The position numbers and the translations under genes were made by a program. DNA of 64,000 nucleotides, taken from positions 310,001 to 374,000 of the forward strand of contig JAANOX010000002.1 in the NCBI GenBank assembly GCA_020184695.1. The letters are read 5' to 3'. Below are positions 40,641 through 50,192 of this stretch, one piece after another. Origin of the DNA: Histomonas meleagridis 2922-C6/04-290x (taxonomy: Eukaryota > Protista > Parabasalia). Each line of letters begins with the position of its first letter. Within the stretch, counting starts at the first letter, position 1. The notes under the pieces were generated by a model, which saw only the letters and a program-made list of their open reading frames with translations, ran no database searches and was not told the DNA's origin.

Positions 40641-42745
40641 TTAGTTTGGAGTTTGTGTTTTCATTTGTTCAAATAAATGTACAATATCGATATGTCTTTG
40701 CTGAGCAGCTAAATCTTTTGCTGTTTTATAAAGATGAAATTAATTCCAAAAATGTGTAACAAATTTTAAAAATTTTAATGGAACATAAATAATTTCAAAA
40801 GAATTATAGAAGCATTTGTATCTATGCCTTTTTGCTCAAGAAGAATTTGAACAACTTTGGTATGACCATGATAACTTGCATTCATAAGAGCAGTCCAAAT
40901 AATTTGTTGTAAATTCCGATTTAAGTTTTGAAACACTAAAATATCTATGAAAACTATAAACAAAAATTTAAAATATCTTTGGCATTGATCTCAATATTTT
41001 GCTTATCAAGAAGTAATTTAACTATTTCCGGGTGACCTTCAAAAGATGCACACATAAGTGCTGTCTTTAATAATTTAATTAAATATTAAATATTGATATA
41101 ATACATTACTTAAGCTAAATAAAATTTATTTTATTATAATAAATACCTCTTAAATTTATATCTATGTTTTTATTTTCAAGTAAAGATTTGGCAACATCAG
41201 TATAACCATATATAGATGCATAAATAAGAGCTGAGTTAATTGAAATAAATAATTCTCAAATTATCACAAAATATATCAAATATAGAGAAAAAATTGAAAG
41301 TAATCTAAATCAAAATCTTTTGTATTAATATCGATTCCATCTTGTTCAGAAAGAATCTTTACATTATCATATTTATTACTCTTTGCAGCTTCAATTAGTG
41401 GTGCAGCACCCCTCCAATTTTTCAAATTAATATTAATCCCTTTCTGGTTAAGTAATAGTGTAACAATATCAACATCACAATTTATACAAGCAAAAACAAG
41501 AGCTGTTTGAAATATTATTAAAAATTTCTAAATATTTATTAGAAATATGATAAAAATAGTATTTGATTCTGAAAAAGGATTAAAAACATCAAAACTATTT
41601 ACATTAATTTCTTTTTGCTCAAGTATATAATTAACAATATCAATATTATTTGATTCTAAAGCAAAAAACAAAATGTATTTTGGTAAATTACTATTTTTGA
41701 TAAGATATCTCAGTAAAAAAATATTCCCTAATATTGCAGATGATTTAATTATTGAATCATAAATTTTACTTTCTTTTTCCATTAAATAACAAAAAATTTC
41801 AAAATTATTATATCGAATACATTTTAATTTCATTCGATTAAAATCGCCTTTTCCTGCTATTGCGTTATCATAAAGATAATAAAAAACATCATTTCGATGA
41901 AACTCAATTGCTGTTTCATATAATTCTAAATTTCGTGATTTTGATATATTGTCTATACATGTATTTATTATTTCTATATTTCCTCCAGCTACAACATATT
42001 TTGGTGTGTTTTTAGTTGACTTTCCATTTATAAATAAATATTTAAAACATTTAACTGATCCAAAATATGCACAATAATCAATCAAAGAAACTCCACTTTG
42101 ATTAATATATCCACATCTTTCATATGTTGATGGTTCAACATTTTGGATGGAATTAATACTATATTTGTCTATATATTCTTTTAAGTTTTCTATATCATCA
42201 TTTCGAATAACTTTTATAATTTCTGCTGGATTAACTCCTTCTTTAACTAATTGTTTATGAAGTTTCCAGTTATCTTTGGAAAGTTTTTCCATGTCCTTTA
42301 TAAATTGCCTGTGGAATAAATTGTCTTCATCTAAGATATTTTGGATTTCGCCTTGAGTTTTATAATGAGCAAAATATAATGTTTTTAAAGGCTTAATAAG
42401 ACATGGTTGTATTAATTCTTGTTCTATCATTTTTTCAAGTAAGAAATAAGATTCATTTGTTTCCAATTTGAGAAGGAATTTCCCAAAAAGATCGAAAATT
42501 TTTATTTTGAGAATTTCACCAAGTTCTTTTAAATAATCAAAATACATGCTCGTGTCTTTCATTTGTGCAACAAAGTCTATGTAAATGAGTTGAAATATGA
42601 TCAAATATGAGGAAAACTTTTCTTTTAATATTTTATTTGTAGAAACAGCCAGAATCTGAGTATTGTCTTTATTTATCGAAGATATTATTTGCTCAATTGA
42701 TAATAAATACTTAAGATCTTCATCTTTGACATTTGAAACTCTCAT
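40641..42745 (-). CDS. Second DUF3447-type ankyrin repeat protein interrupted by 20 short spacers (19 x 17 nt, 1 x 18 nt; 587 aa if removed)
   Basis: First ORF 41528-42745 has SLIDYCAYFGSVKCFKYL and YVVAGGNIEII. Ankyrin cores start at 41506, 41404, 41234, 41064 and 40894, with a terminal block at 40724 (TAKDLAAQQRHIDIV...PN*). 2105 - 341 = 1764 nt = 588 codons. Confidence 0.85.
40725..41587 (-). other. Five AT-rich gaps (81,80,80,80,80 nt) tiled as 17-nt spacer + single codon
   Basis: Gaps at 41587-41507, 41314-41235, 41144-41065, 40974-40895 and 40804-40725. Tiling gives D(E/R)HRQT, DSDENS, GKNNKT, DISGWT and IYKGKT. Confidence 0.88.
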
Positions 42746-43181
42746 AAAAGTTTTATTGATGATATTAAATTTTGAATAACGTTTACAAAAAAATTTTGAA
42801 TTTTTCTTTCACAATAGAAAGTGTTTTGATTTGCTTATTAAGGAAAAAAATAGCATTATGATGTTTTAAGCGTTGATTTATTTTTCTTATTGTTAATTGT
42901 GCTGCACATGTTTTTTTTTTTTAAATTTGATCTTATCAATTTTTTTAAAATGTGTTTTAATATGCATTAAATAGGATAAATAATATTGTAGGCAATGTTG
43001 AATTGAAGCTCATGTTTGAGGCGTAAAATAATATTCTGAATATTATTTAATAATTTCAAAATTTTATTTTTAGTTGTATAATTACCAACTGTGGACTCAG
43101 ACCTTATGTTAAAAGATCGTTGACACATTTTTATTAAAATTTTAGACATTATAGGTTTTATCAACAAAACGATTTTCCATT

Positions 43182-43769
43182 TCAAGAGCAACATTTCTTT
43201 TTGTCGTTGACTGTGTTTGTGGGGATCTTTATAGAAACGGGCTTTTCTTCTGGTTCATTATCAAGTCTTTGTTTGATTGTTGATGCCATCACATTAAAAA
43301 CTTCGTCGATACTATCACCAGTCTTGGCTGATGTTTCAAAGTATGGAACACCGAATTCTTTAGCAAATTCCAAACCTTCTTCAGGAGAAACTTCTCTTTG
43401 TAAATCAATCTTATTACCAATTAAAGCAACGGTAACACTATCATTTGCCTCTTTCGTGATAGATTCCATCCACATCTTTGTTTTAGTTAATGTTTCCTTT
43501 TTTGAAACATCGAAAACTAAAAGGATTCCATGAGCACCTCTATAATATGATTTTGTAATGGTACGAAATTGTTCTTGCCCAGCTGTATCCCAAATTTGGA
43601 GTTTGATGGTAACTCCATCTATTTCAATCATTTTGATTTTAAAGTCAACTCCAACAGTTGTAAGAAAAGATTCATCAAAAGCATTATCACAGAACCTTGT
43701 GACAATGCATGTTTTGCCAACGGAGGATTCTCCGATGACTATGAACTTCATTTGCATCTGCTTGTTCAT
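43182..43769 (-). CDS. Rab GTPase, Rab1/Rab8(Sec4)-like
   Basis: GESSVGKT, TVGVDFKIK, WDTAGQEQFRTITKSYYRGAHG, NKID, ETSAK and a C-terminal CCS. The start is taken at MNKQ (43769); the ORF track extends upstream. Confidence 0.95.
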   Translation of the reverse strand: MNKQMQMKFIVIGESSVGKTCIVTRFCDNAFDESFLTTVGVDFKIKMIEIDGVTIKLQIWDTAGQEQFRTITKSYYRGAHGILLVFDVSKKETLTKTKMWMESITKEANDSVTVALIGNKIDLQREVSPEEGLEFAKEFGVPYFETSAKTGDSIDEVFNVMASTIKQRLDNEPEEKPVSIKIPTNTVNDKKKCCS

Positions 43770-44056
43770 TTTGGACTTCGGGGTGGCCCAAAAATAATTT
43801 ATTATCCATCGTTTGCATAAGGGCAATAATTTATTTTTTGCTTAATTTATTAATCATTTCCCGAATACTTAAAGCTATTTTCTTCATGCAAATTGGTTTG
43901 AGTCTAATTCAAGAGTAATTAAAATTGTTAACGTGTTATTCATTTCGAAATGAAATATATAACTTAAACTAATATTTTTGTAAGCTAAAGCTCATTTTAT
44001 TTTATATACTGCTACTAGCAATTAATAATAAACAAAAATATTTATTCACAAAAAAA

Positions 44057-45046
44057 TTAAATGTAATTACCCTCCAACAAATTAAAACTATTTCCATCAA
44101 ATGGTGCTATCATTGGTACAGGTTCGCAAAAGAACCAATTATGGTTCATTGCATCTCTTGCTGATATTCTTCTACCAGGTTCATATACTATAAATTTAGA
44201 TAACAAATCCACAGCTGGTTCGCTCCAGTTCGGGAATGCTTTGTGCATGTCTTGCGGCTCCTTTTGCTTGAAGACAATTTGCCCAAAGTCTGAGAGCTGC
44301 GAAAAACCTGGCCAACGCGTTTCATCAGGCGACCCGAGTAAGTTGGTGATGAATCCAAGCTGCTCAAGGTCTCCTTGTCCGGGGAAGAGTGGTTTTCCAT
44401 TAAGTAATTCCGCCATCACACATCCAACAGACCATATATCAATGGCCTCACCATAGCCACGGTCACCAAGAAGGAGTTCAGGGGCTCTGTAAAAGGACGT
44501 GCCTACTTGGAGAGTCCATGAATGTGTTTCGTCTGTTATATTGGAACTTCCTGTTCCAATTCCAATAAGTTTCTCTGGTAAAATACGTGAAAGTCCAAGG
44601 TCACAAATCTTAAGAACACCTTTGTTGTTCATAAGAAGATTGGCGGGTTTTATGTCACGATGAATTATTCCTAATTCATGGAGATGTGATAGACCGCGAA
44701 GAAGCATAAGCATGATACCTTTTACAATGGATTCTGGTACGTAAGGTAGTTGGACAACTTGTGTGAGATTGTAGGGAAGATATTCCATAACAAGTGATAG
44801 ATTGGGTGAATTTTGAATAACTTCATGAAGCTTAACAATGTTGGGATGTGATGAAACAGAAAGTGCTTGGATTTCTCTGTAAAGAGCTACACTTGGTTCT
44901 GGAATTTTTGGATTTGGTGAAATTACTTTTACTGCATATTGTTCATTAGTTTGTAAATTCTTGGTCTTATATACCATTGAAAAACGACCTTCGCCAATTA
45001 AAGTAAGTGGACCATATCCAGATCCCTTCAGTTGAACGTTCATCAT
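44057..45046 (-). CDS. CMGC/CDK-family kinase, CDK20(CCRK)-like
   Basis: GEGRFSMVYK, YAVK, REIQAL, HRDIKPANLL, DLG and YRAPELLLGDRGYGEAIDIWSVGCVMAELLNGKPLFPGQGDLEQL. Confidence 0.9.
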   Translation of the reverse strand: MMNVQLKGSGYGPLTLIGEGRFSMVYKTKNLQTNEQYAVKVISPNPKIPEPSVALYREIQALSVSSHPNIVKLHEVIQNSPNLSLVMEYLPYNLTQVVQLPYVPESIVKGIMLMLLRGLSHLHELGIIHRDIKPANLLMNNKGVLKICDLGLSRILPEKLIGIGTGSSNITDETHSWTLQVGTSFYRAPELLLGDRGYGEAIDIWSVGCVMAELLNGKPLFPGQGDLEQLGFITNLLGSPDETRWPGFSQLSDFGQIVFKQKEPQDMHKAFPNWSEPAVDLLSKFIVYEPGRRISARDAMNHNWFFCEPVPMIAPFDGNSFNLLEGNYI

Positions 45047-45108
45047 TTTTAATCGTCTTCAGGGTACCCCCAAATTTTTTAACGTTTTTTCCATTTTAAA
45101 CGTACATA

Positions 45109-47136
45109 ATGAAAAAATGGAATGAAACAGAACTTTCTTTTTCTTCTCATGTACAATTAAGTGACATTGAAACAAACTCAACTTTCTTAAAAACAAATGA
45201 CAGTAGTAATTTGTCTCAAGATAAAGATATTATTTCAACAATTTTTTTTAATCATAAAATTCTAACAAAATGTTTGCAACAATGGAAAAAAATAGTTTTA
45301 GAAAAAAGGAAAAATAAAGTCAATGAAATTACGTTATATATTCAAATTAATAAATCTAAGCTAAAACTTTATTTTAATAAATGGATCAAACAAAAAAAAT
45401 TTTTTCTAAAAGTTCAAAGTTTTGGCCAAAGAGCAAAAGCATCAAAAATATTTTTCCAGTGGAATTTTTATGTTAATTTTTTATTTGATCAGAGGAAAAA
45501 GTTTCTGAAAATTTTATTAATCAGAAGAAAGATATATGAAAAACGATATTTTGAAGAATGGATTCGTTCACATCAACTTCTTAAACTATATGAAGATGTT
45601 TCTTATAAAAATCAACAAAACATTTGTAAAAAAGTTTTTCAATCCTTAATGATCAATGTTAATGAAATGAATAAACAGAAAATAAAAGCGGAAAAAATCG
45701 AAAAAATTCATAAATTTTTTTCAGATAAAAAATTCTTTAATATATGGAAACACAAACAAAAGCAGAAATTACTTGAAAGGTATCTAAATAAGAAAATTAA
45801 TTTATTTCTTATGGAAAGAATGTTTCATAAATGGATTGAACACAAAAATAAAAATAATTTTATTATTGATGCAAAAACATTCATTGAACAAAACAGGAAA
45901 AAATTTATAATGAAAAAAGCATTTGATAAATGGAATTTAAAGTTTAATATAAATGAGTCAAAAAGAGAAAGAGATAAATTTAACATTAATATTTTGAATA
46001 AATTCAAATTGAAAAAATATTTTTCTATTTGGAGTTGTAAATTTAATAAATATGTATATTATAGATTATCAACTTCTAAACTCATTGATTCACAAAGAAA
46101 TCGAATATTAATCAAATGTTTTGGCATATGGTATACTTCATATAATATTATTACAAAGAAAAAAGATGAAACAAATCAATTAGAAAAAATATTTCTAAAA
46201 CAAAAATGTGAAAAACTTTTCAGTAAATGGAAATCAAATTATATAATACATAAATATGAAAAAGCGATTTTGAAACGAAACAATTATAAAATGTATTTAT
46301 TATATATTAAACAATTTTATAATAAATGGAAAAACAATTTTTATTATGTAAAAGATAAAAAAGATAAATTAGAAAAGGCAAAAAAATTTAAATCTCTTTC
46401 ACTTAAATTAAAAGTTTTTAATAGATTTAAAATATACACTGAAAAATCCATTTCTAAAAGAATTAATATCTTAAAAGCTGAAGAACATTATATGTTACAT
46501 TTAGAAAGATATTCATTAATTTCATGGAAGTTTTACTTAGACAAGAACAAAAGAATATATTTTTTGATCTCTGCTGTTCTTAATACATGGGCATATAAGT
46601 TACAAGAAAAAATATTTTGTAAATGGATTCAATATGTAAAATATAAAAAACGAAAACGATCAGAAGAAATCGAAGCATCAAATGAATTTAATGAGAAAAA
46701 GTTAATGCTTATTACAAATGCTTTTATTATTGGAGCACAATCTTATGCTAAATTTGAGCCAATTGATGATAATAATGATGTTAGCAAAGAAGAAGAAGAT
46801 TTTTTGGAATCGGATCCATTGCAATCTTTTGTTGATGATAATGATTATTATCAAAACCTTGATAAATTACCATTACCAAAAAACCCAATATTTTATGTCG
46901 AAAAATCTAAAATTGAGAAACATATTGAACATGAAGAAGAATTTGATACAAAAACAAATCAATTTGTTTATAGCGATAATATAAAACAAGAAGAAATTGT
47001 TTCAAATATCGAAAGTCGTTTGATTCAATTAAGTGAGAAATTAAAAAACGGTAGTGAAGAAGAAAAAATTGAAACAAAAAATAAAATTATTCAATTGATT
47101 CAAGATATCGATTTCCTTAGAAATAAGTTAAAATAA
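45109..47136 (+). CDS. Sfi1-like centrin-binding repeat protein
   Basis: Periodic K-rich FxxW repeats (YFNKW, FFQW, YFEEW, FFNIW, MFHKW, AFDKW, YFSIW, LFSKW, FYNKW). Confidence 0.7.
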   Translation: MKKWNETELSFSSHVQLSDIETNSTFLKTNDSSNLSQDKDIISTIFFNHKILTKCLQQWKKIVLEKRKNKVNEITLYIQINKSKLKLYFNKWIKQKKFFLKVQSFGQRAKASKIFFQWNFYVNFLFDQRKKFLKILLIRRKIYEKRYFEEWIRSHQLLKLYEDVSYKNQQNICKKVFQSLMINVNEMNKQKIKAEKIEKIHKFFSDKKFFNIWKHKQKQKLLERYLNKKINLFLMERMFHKWIEHKNKNNFIIDAKTFIEQNRKKFIMKKAFDKWNLKFNINESKRERDKFNINILNKFKLKKYFSIWSCKFNKYVYYRLSTSKLIDSQRNRILIKCFGIWYTSYNIITKKKDETNQLEKIFLKQKCEKLFSKWKSNYIIHKYEKAILKRNNYKMYLLYIKQFYNKWKNNFYYVKDKKDKLEKAKKFKSLSLKLKVFNRFKIYTEKSISKRINILKAEEHYMLHLERYSLISWKFYLDKNKRIYFLISAVLNTWAYKLQEKIFCKWIQYVKYKKRKRSEEIEASNEFNEKKLMLITNAFIIGAQSYAKFEPIDDNNDVSKEEEDFLESDPLQSFVDDNDYYQNLDKLPLPKNPIFYVEKSKIEKHIEHEEEFDTKTNQFVYSDNIKQEEIVSNIESRLIQLSEKLKNGSEEEKIETKNKIIQLIQDIDFLRNKLK

Positions 47137-47216
47137 AATGTTTTTTAATGGTTTAATTATTTTTTTTTTTCTAAAGTTATTTTTCTTAAATTTTCAATGT
47201 GATTATATTAATATTA

Positions 47217-47981
47217 ATGAGTTTGATATTTCTACTTAGAACAATTTTTGCTGGTGATTGTGCAGCAATTCTAAGAAGAGATATTAAGAAATATGGGGAA
47301 GAAACATTTAAAAAATTCACTACATTTTATGCACCAATTGCTTATTATGGAATTTCATCTCCTTTAGAACTAAACCTCCCTCTTTTTATGTATTTAACAA
47401 TAAATCAAAGAGCAGAATATCAAAATGGAAAATATGATATAATTCCATCAGAAGTAGCAAAAAATAATATACACAACGATTTTGAAGTAGGATGTCCAAT
47501 GTACACCAAAGGCATGAATGAAACATGTTGTCTTCACAAAGAACCAGATGGATATGGTGTTACATTATTTTACATGACAAGAATACAAAGTCATTATGAT
47601 AATTATAAGTTCAAAATTTTTCCAAAATGTTATAACTTAATAAAATATATTCCATGTGCTATTTGCCATGCAAATTTATCTAAAATGACATATATTGTTA
47701 CTCATGAAAATAAGTCTCAGCCACCAATTCGTTCTTTTTCATTATGTAGTTCATATGCTACAAAAATTTATTATGCGTGCAAAAATATATTTTATAATGA
47801 TCAAAGGATTATACCAAAAGGATTTAGTTTAAATGATTTTAAGAAAATTGTTCATTCTCCTCAAAAAGATATACCAAATGAAAATTGCATTTCCTCTGAT
47901 CTTTTTAGTTCTTCTTCAAAAGAAAACCCACAAAACATAAAATTTCTTATAATTCTTTGTATTATAATTTTAATTCTTTAG
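47217..47981 (+). CDS. Secreted or GPI-anchored Cys-rich protein, folate-receptor/NPC1-NTD-like
   Basis: Signal-like N-terminus and hydrophobic C-terminus. Cys spacing ETCC...CYNLIKYIPCAIC...LCSSYATKIYYAC. Confidence 0.5.
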   Translation: MSLIFLLRTIFAGDCAAILRRDIKKYGEETFKKFTTFYAPIAYYGISSPLELNLPLFMYLTINQRAEYQNGKYDIIPSEVAKNNIHNDFEVGCPMYTKGMNETCCLHKEPDGYGVTLFYMTRIQSHYDNYKFKIFPKCYNLIKYIPCAICHANLSKMTYIVTHENKSQPPIRSFSLCSSYATKIYYACKNIFYNDQRIIPKGFSLNDFKKIVHSPQKDIPNENCISSDLFSSSSKENPQNIKFLIILCIIILIL

Positions 47982-48048
47982 TTAAACATAATAAACATTT
48001 CAAAGATTTCATTGTTTTTATTAAAAAAAAATGCGAAGGAAAATAAAT

Positions 48049-49059
48049 TTATTTATTTGAAAGCATTTTGTCTAATTGAATTATTTCCTTTTCGATTTTA
48101 TCTAAACAGTTTACACTGCTAAACATAATGTTTTTGTTGTCTACTATCTCGAATTTGATTGACGATTTCTTCTTTAAAATTTCTGCCACTTTTTCTATCG
48201 ATGCGCTTTTTATTCGGCTGATTACGTAATCCAACGGAACAACTGTTGTAGTGAGCGCAAGATCGAGTAACACACGGAAGTCGTGCTCGATTATTAGTTC
48301 TTCTTTAAAGTTTTCGGCAAACTTTGAAAGATTATTTAAATTCGAATTGTAGCCCCAAATTTCGTCATTATCTCGCTTGGGACGATGTGTAGGAGGTATA
48401 CGTTCTATAAAGACTTCCCACGAGCGATGGTTCAAATATGACGCAAGTGAAAGATTTTGAATAACTGCGGGGCGAATGTCTTTGGCTCGTTTAGATAAAG
48501 CAAGAGCTTTGCAAAAATCTTCTTCTGCACCACTAAAATCTTTAAGGAGCATTTTATTGGCACCGCTATAGTAAAAGCATAATGTATCAATTCGGGAAAA
48601 TTTAGAAATTGTTGGTTTTATTGTAGGGTCAGGTTTCTTCAAAAGACAAAGAAGGAAAAGGAGTACTCCTGTGAAAACTACAGGATCTTTTTCAAGGTAT
48701 TTCTTAACAAATTTAGTAGCTTGTTCAAGAACATCTATTTCTTGGTATGCTTTAACATACTTTATTAAAAGTCCAAATTTCATTTCTGTATCTTTGAAGT
48801 CATCAAATAATGAGAAACCAGATGATTCAAAAACATCGATATAGACTTTAGCTGCCTTTGGTAATGGAAGAAGTAATAGTAATTCGATTACGGAAAGTGT
48901 TCCTAATGAAAAAGCTTCCTCTTTAAGACCATCAGCTAATGAATTAGCATATGATTTTCTAAAAGATTTTATTTGATTTTTTAGTTTTCTTAAGTCGGCT
49001 TCTTCTTTTACTTTGTATTCTTCGTCTTTGAGTTTAATGGTTGAAAACATTCTATACAT
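48049..49059 (-). CDS. PCI-complex subunit-like protein (CSN3/Rpn3-like)
   Basis: LCFYYSGANKMLLKDFSGAEEDFCKAL resembles the CSN3/Rpn3 helical-repeat motif. The C-terminus is compatible with a PCI winged helix. Confidence 0.45.
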   Translation of the reverse strand: MYRMFSTIKLKDEEYKVKEEADLRKLKNQIKSFRKSYANSLADGLKEEAFSLGTLSVIELLLLLPLPKAAKVYIDVFESSGFSLFDDFKDTEMKFGLLIKYVKAYQEIDVLEQATKFVKKYLEKDPVVFTGVLLFLLCLLKKPDPTIKPTISKFSRIDTLCFYYSGANKMLLKDFSGAEEDFCKALALSKRAKDIRPAVIQNLSLASYLNHRSWEVFIERIPPTHRPKRDNDEIWGYNSNLNNLSKFAENFKEELIIEHDFRVLLDLALTTTVVPLDYVISRIKSASIEKVAEILKKKSSIKFEIVDNKNIMFSSVNCLDKIEKEIIQLDKMLSNK

Positions 49060-49164
49060 CTAACGAAAAAATGACACTTCGTAATTTTGCTTTTACAAAA
49101 AGTGCTGCCATTTGAAATTAACCGTTTTATCGGACCCAAAAAGTTTGAGAATTTTGCGGTTTTT

Positions 49165-49848
49165 ATGCTTCCTCCTGAGGGCGCTGGAATACAGAAGGAA
49201 AATATTTCATTTCCTGTAAACCAAGATGGTTCTAATGAACATAACCAAGTTGGTTCTGTTAAACAAAGTCAAATGAAATTACCTGATGATTTTGAAACAT
49301 GGACACCATGTAAAAAACAAGCTTGGTTACAAATGGAATCAAATCCAAACAGTTTTTTCTATAGACATGTTTTACCAGGTGAAGAAAGAAAGTTAGGACA
49401 TTGGACAGAAGAAGAAAAAAAATTATTTATTCAAGCCTTAAAAATTCATCCACCAAGCAATGGACATTGGGGGCTATTTTCGCGGCTTATCCCAGGAAGG
49501 GTTGGATATCAATGCAGCACATTTTATAATAAACTTGTTCAAGATGGAGAAATATCGAAGTTGGGATTCGAAGTCCCAGTTAAACCAGATACATTAGTAA
49601 GACCAAAGGATATTCGCCCATCTGTTATTAAGAATAATAATACATCACAAAAAAAATCCGATGTTATTCATACAAACCCACAAGTTCAGAAAAATAATCC
49701 CACTATATCATTCAGTGGGAATGTTTTCGCATATCAACATAATCCAATTGGGTCAGATAATTTTTTGATAGTTCCTGATCTGCCAAAAGAAAATATTGTG
49801 CTGGATATTGGCGACGTGCTTGTGAGGTCGAACAAAAAAAATGTGTAA
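49165..49848 (+). CDS. Myb/SANT DNA-binding domain protein
   Basis: HWTEEEKKLFIQALKIHPPSNGHWGLFSRLIPGRVGYQCSTFYNKL. The first ATG is at 49165. Confidence 0.88.
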   Translation: MLPPEGAGIQKENISFPVNQDGSNEHNQVGSVKQSQMKLPDDFETWTPCKKQAWLQMESNPNSFFYRHVLPGEERKLGHWTEEEKKLFIQALKIHPPSNGHWGLFSRLIPGRVGYQCSTFYNKLVQDGEISKLGFEVPVKPDTLVRPKDIRPSVIKNNNTSQKKSDVIHTNPQVQKNNPTISFSGNVFAYQHNPIGSDNFLIVPDLPKENIVLDIGDVLVRSNKKNV

Positions 49849-50192
49849 TTCCAATATTCATAGTAAAATATTTGTCTTTTTGATTTTTTACTTTAATAAT
49901 TAAGTCAACTTTTATTAATTACTTTATCATGCTATATGCAGACATGTATTAAGTTTCCAATTATTCTCTTTGTTTGGTGGTCTTAAATATCAATGAAATA
50001 TCTTGAAATTCCTTCAACATCAAAGAAAGTTTGAAACTTCATTGCAAAAGGAATTAAATCAAATGAATTATCAAATCAGCACATTGCAAAAGATGTTCAT
50101 TTATTAATCAAAAGAAATTACATTAAGAGATTATTTATTAAGCTGTATATGAGCACAATGAATGATTTACACAAAAAGTGGATATCATTTGC

